Shown here one piece after another: positions 36,174 through 52,204 of a stretch of DNA of 64,000 nucleotides. The notes beneath the pieces are model-generated. The model was not told the DNA's origin, made no database searches, and saw only the letters and a list, made by a program, of their open reading frames with translations. Origin of the DNA: Yuukianura sp. NJ FZ-2021 (lineage: Eukaryota); NCBI GenBank assembly GCA_046563655.1, contig CM102285.1, positions 10,230,001-10,294,000 on the forward strand. The letters are read 5' to 3'. Numbering within the stretch: the stretch's first letter is position 1; each line of letters opens with the position of its first letter. The translations under genes and the position numbers were made by a program.

Positions 36174-39086
36174 ATGGGAGAGAGTGTTACTTTTTTTCTG
36201 TCTACATGTGGAATCATCCTCACACTTTGGTTATGGAGCATTTGGAATCGACGGAAACCCGAAAAATTAGCAGGTCCTAACAGAAAACGTACTTTTGAAT
36301 TTAGGCATTCCTAAACAGTTTTTGAAGAGTTAAGAATCTGCAAAACTGGCTCTTTTAGATAAAAATAAGTTGCAATTTTACTCTTCCGTGTGATTTCAAC
36401 TTATGCAGGAAGGCATAAACACTTTAGTTGATCAGTTGGAGATGGGACACGGAAGTAGTTTGCATTGACTTTGAAAAATTAGGATTGCTACTTGTAATAC
36501 CACAAGTGACGCACATTTGTTCATGTTTTGCTTAACGATTTGTCGACCTAGTAAATGTGTAAAAATCAAAAATAGTAATTAGAGTTTTATGGAACAGCAA
36601 CTTATTTTAACTCAAAATTTTAGGCCTTCCTCCAGGACCAGTACAGCTGCCGCTACTTGGGAACCTACTTTGTATGCTGCCGGCAATACTGAAACCGTCA
36701 AAATCGTTTCTGAGTTCTTTGACATCAAAATGGTGGACGTACAATCCAGCGTACATCATCATGGACGAAATTTCCCAAAAATACGGACCGATTACAAATT
36801 TGCAATTCGGTGTCAACCACACAAGTAAGGTCACTGTCGAATGAACTAAACAAACCAAAGGTCAACTTTCATTCGTAGTATTTTAAAGTACACTCAAATT
36901 TTGTATGCATTTTTTCAAAGGTCATTGCCAACTGTGGAATTTTCGAATTTTGATTTTGATTGTTATTTTCAGTAATTGTGAGCAACGCAGAGTTCGCAAG
37001 AAGTGTCCTGACACGGGATGAGTTTGCAGCACGGTTCTCAGATGGCTGGTTTGTAGAAAGATCTTTTGGAAAACCATTAGGTAACGCTTTGATATTAAAT
37101 TTTGTTGAGCCAACTTAGTTAGAGTGATGAATTTAGTTAATTTGAAGCCATAATTGAAAGTAGTATCGTAGTTAATTCCCTCGCCCAAAGAATGTCCAAA
37201 TAGGACAAGGGTAATCCAGAATTGGTCATTTACCAGCATAGCTCAAACAGAAACACATCAACCCACAACACTTCTGCTTATGCCTTTGCTTGTCAAACAC
37301 GAAATCAATTTCGAGTTTTTCGAGAAATCGAGTTTTTTTAGTCTTCATCGCACTGACAAATTGAAATGTTGAATTAATTGCTGAAATTAAAGTGAGAATG
37401 TCGAATGAGGAGAATTTCTAAAAATTCTAAATCAAATTGCAGGTTTGATTTTCAACAATGGGTTAGAGTACAAAGGGATCAAGAAATTCACAAATCGGAT
37501 GCTGAAAGACTTTGGTTTTGGAAAGAAGCGGAGCATGGAGGGTGCGGTGGAGGACGAGCTGATTGATTTTGTCCATGATTTTGGTCACAAAGTGGAAAGC
37601 TGTCAAGGGGGTGACCTCTACATGAAGCACATGTTCACCCTTCCAGTGCTCAACGTCCTCTGGAATATGATTGGAGGAACAAGGTTTGCCTACGACGACA
37701 CCAAACTCCATCGTCTCATTGCCACTGTCGAAGAGCTGTCCAGAACGTTTGACATTGGGGGCAACATCTTAATGGCGTTGCCGTTCTTGAGACACATTGC
37801 TCCAGGGATAACGGGTCATTCACATCAGATGAAACTCTATGGCGAGCTCCACGCTTTCTTCAGAGTAACTTTTTACAACAATGATTTTGAAAATGTAAAT
37901 TACTCAAAAAAGTACGGATTTCTTAAACAAAATTTTTGCTCCAGGAAATCTTGCACGAACGAATCGGAGATGGGTCGTTCGCTGGAAATCCGAAAGATTT
38001 CATTGACATTTTCATCCAGGAAATGCAGAAACAAAAAGGAACGCCAAACGAGTCGCTTTTCACAGGTTGACCTCTTGACCTTAAAAACGTCTTGTTTTTT
38101 TTTTAATATAGAAAAGTGACATTTTTCTGCTTTCTTCTTTTAGAAGAGCAATTCATTATGGTGTGCCTGGATTTGTTCACTGCTGGATCCGGTATCCTAC
38201 AAATTAATTAAGTTCATTATAATTTTAATTGATACAGTTTCTAAATAACTTGAATTTTTTGAACTTATAAGAAACTACTGCCAACACTCTTGACTTCGCA
38301 ATGTTGTACATGCTGCTGTATCCTGATGTCCAGAGGAAGGTCCAGGCAGAAATTGACAGCGTCATTGGCCCCAATCGCTTACCTAAAATGCAACATCGAC
38401 TCAAGTACGAGTTGAATAAAAATCAATTCTTCGTACTGATTTCGCAATATTTTTGATTAATTTTCAAGGTTTGTTAAATTTTTCTACTCAGAATGCCATA
38501 CACAGAGGCTACTCTACTTGAAGTGCAACGTGTTTGCAATGTAATTCCACTTGTCCATCGCGTGTGTACGGCCGACACGTTACTGGGTTCCTATTTAATA
38601 GAAAAAGTACGAAGATAATTCATAAATGATGGGTAATTGCAATGTAATTACAAGTAATTTACTTACCGCCAAATTACAGGGAGTAGTTGTGCTCATCAAC
38701 CTTCACAGCATTCACATGAATCAGAATACTTGGGAAGATCCTTTAGTGTTTCGGCCGGAACGGTTTCTGGATGCATCCGGTGCAGTCAAGTCACATTCAT
38801 CGTTTCTTCCATTTGGAATGGGTACGAATTAAGAATTTAAAACTTTAATCTAACAAAAGCCAAAAATTGACGCTGAATTCCATTTGACCTTTAACCCATC
38901 ATAGGTAAACGGGTTTGCATGGGAGAATTCTTGGCTAAACTGACCCTCTTCACCTACTTTACAGCAATTTTGCAAAGATTCTCATTCCATATTTCCGATA
39001 TCCACGGCAAACCGAAGCTTTCCCCTGGCAAAGGATTCACACTTTCTCCAGAGCCTTACTATGCTCATGTCAAATTAAGAACTTAG
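36174..39086 (+). CDS. Cytochrome P450, CYP2 clan (CYP15/303/305-like, methyl farnesoate epoxidase-like family)
   Basis: N-terminal anchor [25 protein letters not shown] hinge, [17 protein letters not shown]-helix DLFTAGSETT, K-helix EVQR, FRPERF and heme loop [12 protein letters not shown]. Stop at 39084-39086, AATAAA at 39161. Confidence 0.93.
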
Positions 39087-40300
39087 GTTACAAAAAGAAT
39101 TCTAATGCAAAACTACCAACCTTAATTAATTTTAATTAGAAAAACGAGATTTGCAACATTAATAAAAAGCTTAAGTTAAACTTTACTTTACACTTTCTCC
39201 TTCATTTCATTCAATTTACAGTTAAAACAGGAAGGCAGTTCTTAAGTCAATTTGTCAAACACTAAAAATGGTTTGAAAAGAATTTGTATAAACTATGTGA
39301 ACACTTTCCTAAAAAACATTAACTTAATTAGCTTACCCTTAAACTTAAAAAACGTTAACTATACTTATTTTTTATATCAAAATTAAATTAATAACAAAAA
39401 CAACTATTTCAAATCCAGAAAGAAAGCAAATGAGATTACCAGTTTTAAATTTTTAACAAACCAAAGACTAGAGTTACTTTTATGGTAAGCGCAAAAATAT
39501 TACATAACGCATACTTCTACTGGTTGGAATTGCTCTTTCACGGATTTCGGAGTTTTAGAAACTGGTATTCCTGTACATAATGTTAACATTCCGGGCGTTT
39601 TATGAAAAACTTAAGACCTAAATCACAACAACAAAGGAAGTTAAAGAATACTTGTTCGTTACGCAAAGCTTACGAATTAAAGGTATTGAGAGTAAAGCAG
39701 TTAAGTTGGCTGGACTTAACAAAACTAGTTGTAATTAATTATTGACTCATTGCACTTCTACCTTGTTTACCACTCATTTAGTTATTTACATAAACAAATG
39801 GTTTCTTTGCATTGATGCATTGACTGTTAAACACTTCCCCCAACGCAATTCATGAAATACAAACGACCGTGCATGAGGTTGGTTCAAGGGCTGACCTTAA
39901 CATTCGATTAACAAAGGCTACAAAATCAATATCGCAAATAAGTTGAGTTGACTAACTGTACGTGGTAACAGGATAATAAAAACAAGGTTGCAATTTTCAA
40001 TTAACCAAAGTATCCAGAGTCACAGTTAATTTTAAAACAGAGTAATGCCCTCTCCCTTAACACTGAGATTACGATTTCAAGGAAATCTGCTAATATCTTT
40101 GTACAATTTACCTAACATTTTACAGCTTATGAGCCAGCAACGTAGTGGCCTTCAACCAATAGACTTTTCCGGTTGTCCATGACGAAGACGAAAAAAATTG
40201 AAAATGAGGACGAAGATAGGTGAGATACTGGCAAACATTGGATGAGTGAGTGAGTGGGTTCAAGTTGTTCTTCGTCAGTCTTCTGGAGGCTTAAATATTT

Positions 40301-44339
<4,039 letters not shown>

Positions 44340-46164
44340 CGTGTTTCAGTTCAGCAGTAATCCATATAAATAAGTTACGAGTTCAGCAGATCGCTTCTTC
44401 CTTCAAGTAGACAATGGCACAATTATCGGAGATGTTCGTCGTCTTTTTACAAATTGCGTATGAAAATTATGAAAAACTTCTAAAATACAGGAAGTGTTAC
44501 GCCCGTCCGTCTATTTGCTTCTAAACTTGTTCTATGAAAAGTATACTGACCACCATCACCATCACACTTCACACCACTAGTAGAGCGAATACTGGAAATT
44601 GGCAGGAATCCACTGGCACTGGCATGGACAGTAGTACTGGCACTGGTTACATAAACATAACAATATCAAAACAGGTTCTTGACGCGTCGCACAAGCTCAC
44701 GGTTCACCACCAATCAAAAAATCAACTTTTACATGCTAACTCAACTTACACTTTCAGGCAATTTAATGCTCATCAGCCAGCCATTTCCTGACTTGACCTT
44801 GACACGATCTTCTTGAAGGAATTCCAAAACACGAGGAAGAACAACGACATTCAAGTGACGTCTTCAGCTGTCCAGTGAGTATTCAGTTGATTAAGATTTG
44901 TTCTTAGAACAGAGATCTTGATTGAGTCAAATACTGAGAGTGAATGATTATGTTAATTTAATTTTGACACAATTAGGAAGGATACACGATACACTGACCA
45001 CTGGCGACTGACGAGGACCTGGGACTGGGAGGATATCCTTGCAGCAAATCACCGCCGATGTGAGTAGTGTTGTCTCCGCTGCGGTGAACCGATGATTCCG
45101 AAGTGAGGAGACAGTAGAGGATAGAGGACGGCTAACTCCTTTCCTGTCATGTGTGTACGAATAACGGTCTCCTCGTCCATAGTATCCAAACACCAAACGT
45201 ATCCACTGCTCATCTCCCCGTGTCACGTATAAAGCATATCCGTAAGTTCCTTTCCTTGTCAGGAGGTCCTGTTATTCTTATCGCAATTGTCTTCCTCAAA
45301 GTACTAAACCACTTATTATAGGCTGGGTGGAGACATCAACACAAATACAATGGCCTTATTTATGAAATTATCACTTCCAACTCCAAGAAGATCAAGTATC
45401 AAGTGCCACATCTCCACATTCACTAAAAGGCAAGAATCTCATCTTCTGATCTGCTGTGACATCAGAACGGAGATTCTGAGAGACGTCGGTTCCGAATCTT
45501 CGTCAGAAAAGATGCAGCGAAAGAAGCCAAATGCAAATGAAAGATGTAATTCTGCTGGTTCATATGATTTTATGTTAGTGCAGTTATTTTGGGTGATGCG
45601 TGGATGTTGATGCACTCACAAATGAATGGGTCTTGTGGTGACAAGTTTTAATGAATTTAATGTTGATCTGTAGGTGTCGGAGGAATCTTCAGCTGGGATG
45701 AACAGGACTTGACGGTGAGGACGAGAATCCTGTGTGGTCTAGGAAATTCCATTTCAATTCACATTTTACATCTCCTTTTGCCAAGCCAAAAGTAGGGGCT
45801 TTTGTCGTCGTGTCCTCCGAAATCCGAATTCCGGATTCTTCCAAGTGGCGAAAGACGGGGAGTGAGGGAGTGTTGTGTAATCATTTCAACCAACTTTTTC
45901 CTGATTGTATGGTGGATGGATGCGGGCCAAATCGAAGCGGCCATGAAACGACGCTAAACTCAAATGCGTATGGCGATTGGCCAAGGACTCAACGATAAGA
46001 AAACTCAAAACAACGCCTGAAGGTCAATTAAAAATCGTATTTTCGGATTTCCCAAACGTACTGTTAACAAGTTTTAAAGTACAATTATACGGATTCTAAT
46101 TAGCTCTGCGTTTTTTTGGGTTTAGGCACATCTTTCCCTTGCTTTCTTTGGATTCTTCAGCAAA

Positions 46165-47932
46165 ATGAGTTCGCGAAATCAATTTGGAGAGAAAGCAGTG
46201 GAAAATGGTGGGAAGCTAGAGCAATGGCGAGCGTTGGAGGACGCAAGTTGCGTCAGTGCTTGGATACAGAATACACAACAAAGTAAAGTAAACGGATAGT
46301 GATTCAATTGCAGGTTATATTGATTCAGAGTTCATTTGTTTTCAACAGTTTTGCAGGGGCAGACTCTGGAAGATCTTCAATCGGTCTTCAAAAACAATAT
46401 GGACGACGACTTTTTAACAAAGCTGAAGTCCATCTCGGCTAAAGACGTTCTAGCCGACGTAAGAACCCTTTGTTTAATTGCGTCAAAGATTTTTACCCCA
46501 CATTTGTCATTAGCAGTTTTAACCAAAAATCAGCGAATTGCGGTTGGCCTTAATTTAGTTCTGCTGGAATTTACTTTCTTTGTTAGCAACGTCCGGCAAC
46601 GTCAAGACTGAGGTCATCGCGTGCACGGAGTTCCGCAATGACTGTGCCTGCCGCGGCCGATGTGCCGAAACCTGTCCAGCATGTCAACCGCATTGAAGAA
46701 TCCCCTGAAGAAGCGTCGGGACCAATTCTGACATTGTCTGAACTTCTCAGCAAACAACCAGTAGACGATACAGGGAGAGGTTTCGGTGCGCCCCTGTCGT
46801 CATCTGACGTAATTCGGACAAACAATGTCATGTAAACACAGGAAATGCTTAAAACCGTAACTAATGTTTCAGGAACCAACGTTTTTCAAGCCCACTCGCC
46901 CAAAGAATGATGGGGAAATGGGGTAATTATTTCCGTAGCACTTTCATTTTCATGAAAATTTTTCAGCTTGTGCATTTTTCCTATTCAGAAATTTCACGCG
47001 AGCTGCAAGAATCGGATCTGCGATGGCTGGAAATCATGTGACTCGACCTCCATCATCAAAGCCAAGCGCAGTTAGCTCATTTCAAGGTCAGAAACAAAGT
47101 GCACTGAATTATACTCTTTGCTGGTATTATTTGAATCTTGCAACTGTGTTCAAAACAGAAACATCAGCTCAATACATTCCGGATTTGAACGAAATTCAGG
47201 CTGAGGAAATCCTACATACAGTTGCAACCGCTCCAGAGTATGCATTCATTCGAATACGTTCTTTTACGTTTAGGAAATTATTCGTCATTGTTTGATTAAA
47301 AACAGAATGGAAGCCGAAAAAATCACGAGTTTAAGAGAACTTGATGCTGATTTGGCCCGCCTTCGCACGTTCTCCGTCGTTCGTGGTGTAGACATGCGGA
47401 AGCTAGCCAGATTTATGCTTCCCGAGAAGAAGCTTGTGCTATACTCTGACCAGGTTTAGAATTACAAAAACAGTCGATTTTTAGCAAAGCAATTATCGTG
47501 CCGTATATAATGACAAATTCGGATCTTTGTTGACAGGATGAAGATATGCGATCCATAACATATGAGCAGCTATACAGTGATCTTCTGCCCCTCATCAACG
47601 GCAAGAATCTGATCTCCTTCGACTTCTCATCTCTGAAAGGTCAACGCACGTTTGACGGCTTTCCGTTTCTAACTGAAGCTGGAATTTTCACTGGTCTTTC
47701 TCAGAAGGACGGCAAAAGGAAGACGATGGACCCACAAATGTTGCAAAAACTGAAAGATTACGCTAATGCATCCGTTGAGAAGTTTGGGCGAAAGCAGGAC
47801 AACGGTGCTACAAACATTACTTTGCCGTACTTAGAAGACATTTTGAGGAAAGCCAGAGACAAGTATGAGCAAAAGGAACGCTTAGCAGCTGAAAAGAAGC
47901 CGAAAGTGACCTCATCAAGTTCAAACGGCTGA
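46165..47932 (+). CDS. Hypothetical multi-exon protein with a possible C-terminal BEN-like helical domain
   Basis: About 8 short GT-AG exons from ATG 46165 (MSSRNQFGEK). The last two join in frame: MEAEKITSLRELDADLARLR..DMRKLARFMLPEKKL..GIFTGLSQKDGKRKTMDPQMLQKLKDYANASVEKF..LEDILRKARDK. The gene is well supported; the domain identity is tentative. Confidence 0.65.
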
Positions 47933-49072
47933 AAACCCGATTGCGCCGGCTTCAAAAACTGACCTTTGCGGAGTTATTGTCAATTTCACGCTAAATTATC
48001 ATTGCTAAAGGATGAGCACTGGTCATTATCTTATTTTATTAGTAAATCCAACGTGTGTAGTTGCCGAAGCTCTGTAAAGTTTCAACCGCTCAATGATTTC
48101 CACCGCAAGTTAATGCTATGTCCGAAGAATGTTGAAATCGTGCCGAATTTATGTCGAGTTTCTAACCGGGGTTGATGCTTCGCAAAATGACTCCTTGCTT
48201 TCGCTTGCTCCCATCGCATCTTTTTTGGTGTAGCAAAAATTTGTTCTTGTGTGTAGATTCTAGTGGGAAGCTCGGGCTCCCGTATAACTTTTTCAGCTTG
48301 CTTTTAGTCGTCCCTCTCTCCGGTTGCAGTAAATCGGAAGTTACATACTTGTGCTAAGTTGATAAACGTAATTTTTTTTCCTCCATTCACACCTTATCGT
48401 ACGGTGTATAAGACGCACTCACGTTTCAGACGGTTTAAAATTACTTTCTAGGACATCACTCGAACCGAAATGCTTTAATTCTAAGAACCGAGAGAGGGAA
48501 GTGTAAGACCGTTAAAATAAGGTTAAATATTCTCCACTTAATGCGGTACTTAAGTATAATGCTGGGGATGTTTTTAATTGTTTGAAATGCTAGTTTTGAA
48601 TACGTTAACTTACAGAATTCTGACGATTTCGATTAGTGTGGCAAAGTTCGGTACTAAACTTTTAGTTTTCAAGATTTCTTCGCTTTGCTTTTTGTGTGTT
48701 TCGGGTCATACAAATATGATATAAGACGCGTGTTCTTTGCCGAGAAACAATAAACTTAGAATAAGTATTAATTTTCCAATGTGGCTACTAATGCCTAATT
48801 GATATTATTATTGAGTGAGCTGTTAAACACTTCTACACTGTAAATGCGTACAATAATTTGGGTCCGCCTGCTTGCAACCGCGTCTCACATCTCATCATTT
48901 TCGCACTTGATGTTCCAATTTTGTTGGATTGGAAGGAAAGCTAAGCTTCAAGTTTAGGAAGTTTTCCGGCATTGGCGTTTGAACGGTTCTCGGACGTCGC
49001 TAATTGTTGGTTTTGATTTACCTCTTCAGTACTAATTAAAAATTGAACCAGCATTCCAACCAACCATTCAAG

Positions 49073-51399
49073 ATGTCGACATCGGCTCATAGTCGCAAAA
49101 AAGTCTGCTACTACTACGACAGTAAGTCAAAAAATCACAATGTCCTGCAAGCACCCCGTAAGTAATTTTTGAACTAACTTTGGATATTTTACAGGTGACA
49201 TTGGGAACTACTACTATGGCCAAGGTCATCCAATGAAGCCCCACCGAATTCGTATGACCCATAACCTTCTCTTGAATTATGGCCTCTACCGGAAAATGGA
49301 AATATATGTAAGCTTTCACATCACATTGCCAGGATTTTATTTGGTTTCCTATCAATGGAACGATTAGTGATGGATGGCTCAGCGAACTTCTATATGATTC
49401 TGATTTATTTTGATTTCAGCGACCTCATAAGGCCACGGCTGAAGAAATGACGAAGTTTCATAGTGACGACTACATTCGATTCCTCCGTAGTATTCGTCCG
49501 GATAATATGGCGGAATACAATAAGCAGATGCAGCGATGTAATTTTTGATTTAGTTTATTTATGAAAAGTACTGAAAGACCGTTTCTATTTTTTTATTCTA
49601 GTCAATGTTGGGGAGGACTGTCCAGTTTTTGATGGGTTATACGAGTTTTGCCAGCTTTCCGCGGGAGGCTCTGTTGCTGGAGCAGTGAAGCTGAACAAAG
49701 AAGCTGCTGACATCGCAGTAAACTGGGCTGGTGGTTTACACCACGCGAAGAAGTCTGAGGCTTCCGGATTTTGCTACGTCAACGACATTGTACTGGCTAT
49801 ACTGGAACTCCTCAAGTATCATCAAAGGGTTTTGTACATCGACATTGATATCCATCATGGCGATGGTGTAGAGGAAGCTTTCTATACTACAGACCGAGTG
49901 ATGACTGTTTCGTTTCATAAGTATGGCGAATACTTCCCTGGCACTGGAGACTTGCGGGTAAAGATTATATCGAATGTACTACGATTAAATTATAACAACT
50001 ACCAGTAAAATGAGCTTTGGATCAACAGGATATCGGCGCAGGGAAGGGAAAGTACTATGCCGTCAATTTCCCATTGCGAGATGGAATAGATGACGAATCA
50101 TTTGAATCTATTTTTAATCCAATCGTTGGGAAAGTTTTGGAGACTTATCAGCCAAGTGCAGTTGTTCTGCAATGTGGAGCGGATTCACTTACTGGAGATC
50201 GTCTCGGCTGTTTCAACTTGACTCTAAAAGGTAAGTCTGATTTCCTTTTACTGATTTATTTTAAAGAATCTTTCGATGTATTAATTTGTCTTATTGAAAT
50301 ACAAACCCAGGTCACGCCAAATGTGTGGAGTTCGTGAAGAGGTACAACTTGCCGCTGCTCTTGTTGGGCGGTGGAGGATACACAATTCGTAATGTCGCTC
50401 GCTGTTGGACTTACGAAACAGCTGTCGCTTTGAGTTCGGACATTGCGAATGAACTCCCATATAACGATTACTTTGAATACTTCGGGCCTGACTTTAAGCT
50501 CCACATCAGTCCGTCCAACATGGCCAACCAAAATACTTCCGAGTATTTGGAAAAAATCAAAACTCGACTCTTTGAAAATCTTCGAATGCTGCCGTGTGCT
50601 CCTGGAGTCCAAATGCAACGTAAAGAAAAATTATTCCAAATCCGTTATGAGAAGAGTAATTTTTAAACTTCTGGTTACATTTTCCACAGCTATTCCGGAT
50701 GATGGAATTACAGTTGACGAACCAGAACCGGAACAAAAACATGGCAAAGCGTCCGACGAGCAGCGTGTTTCCATCTTGGCTTACGACAAACACATCACTC
50801 CTGATAACGAATTGAGCGATTCTGAGGATGAAGGAGAAGGACGACGAAACGAAACGTAAGCCAACCAAGGCAATTTTAAAAATCACGATTAAACTTAAAA
50901 ATTGTATTCCTGCAGCTCATTCAAGAAGGCCAAGAGGATGAAATTGGACGATGGTGGAGCTCTGAAACCGGTCGTGACGAATACCAAAACCGCTGCGGTT
51001 GCCCCTACCGATGCTGCAGCTAAACCGAAAGATTTTGTTGCAGCCACATTGAACGTTCCAGTTGTGAGGAAACCAGACCAGAAACTAGATGAAACGAAGA
51101 ACGTGGATGACAGTACAGAAGCGACCAAAGTTACGGCTGAAGGAAAAGTGAACGTTACACCCACAACTAAATTACCAGTAACTTCTGGACCTACGACCGA
51201 AGGAGAAGAAACAAAAGTTCCAGCAGTGACACCAATGGAAGTTGGGACACCGGAGTCAAAAGACAAGGATTCGTCGGTCGTACCCGATTTAGCATCAATT
51301 GCTCCCAATGCTGCTGGTATTCCTTCAGTTCCTGCTCCAATTACTTCTACTCCAGGCGTTACATCTCCAGCCGCAGATTCAGAAGATAAAGATAAGTAA
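49073..51399 (+). CDS. HDAC1: Histone deacetylase 1 (Rpd3, class I)
   Basis: [97 protein letters not shown] and SDSEDEGEG. Confidence 0.97.
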
Positions 51400-52204
51400 T
51401 TTTTTACTTAAGTAACTTGGAATTTAAATTAACTTTTCAGTTTCCTCGGTTGAAGATCTAGAGAAAACTAATGTATAATAGTTACATTGTTCACATGCTC
51501 TAAACTCATTGCACATTTTCCAACCATCATAGTTTGTATTTTTACAGTGAGTTAGACCTGCCTGAATCAGGCTTAATTTTGATGGAAATATTATTTAAAT
51601 AGTATTATTTTAGTCTTTTCTAACAATATGTCGTCCATAATTTTTGTCCAATTTTTGCCAACTCTAAAAAGCGACGCTTCCTGTTTTAGACCCCAATGCC
51701 GGAATGTTTACTATTTTACCGTAAATGTTCTAAATTGCCAATTTAGTTTTCAAAATTAACATTAGCTTTTTCAGGTTTAGGACTCTTTACCCTGCACAAT
51801 TGTAAATACTGCCGTTTGATGAATTACAATTCAATTTGACATTCGACCTTTTAACATACACTGAAGAAGATTTAAGATTTATTCCAATCCAGATTTTCGT
51901 ACTACAAATACTTCTTACTTTAGTTAAACGTAATTAATGATAGTTCTATTGCATAAAATTCCTATTTAAACACAACAAAATTGGACTAGTGACAGTTGTA
52001 AAATGGATTTTTATGAGATACTAAAAAGTTTTTCTCTCTCTCTCCTAGACTAAATATGACACTGATGATTACTGTACTCTGCGACAATTAAAGCTCAACG
52101 TTAATTTGACACTGATTTGTGAAGAAGTTAATCGGAGTTAGTCAATTTGTATTATCACACATGAAGAACAGTATAGGGATCCACGGGTACTGTATGATTC
52201 ATGG

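Noticed and set aside
50895..51308. Antisense ORFs over HDAC1 (and similarly over RSPH3, rk and the orphan gene)
   Set aside because: Shadow ORFs on the opposite strand of real coding exons.
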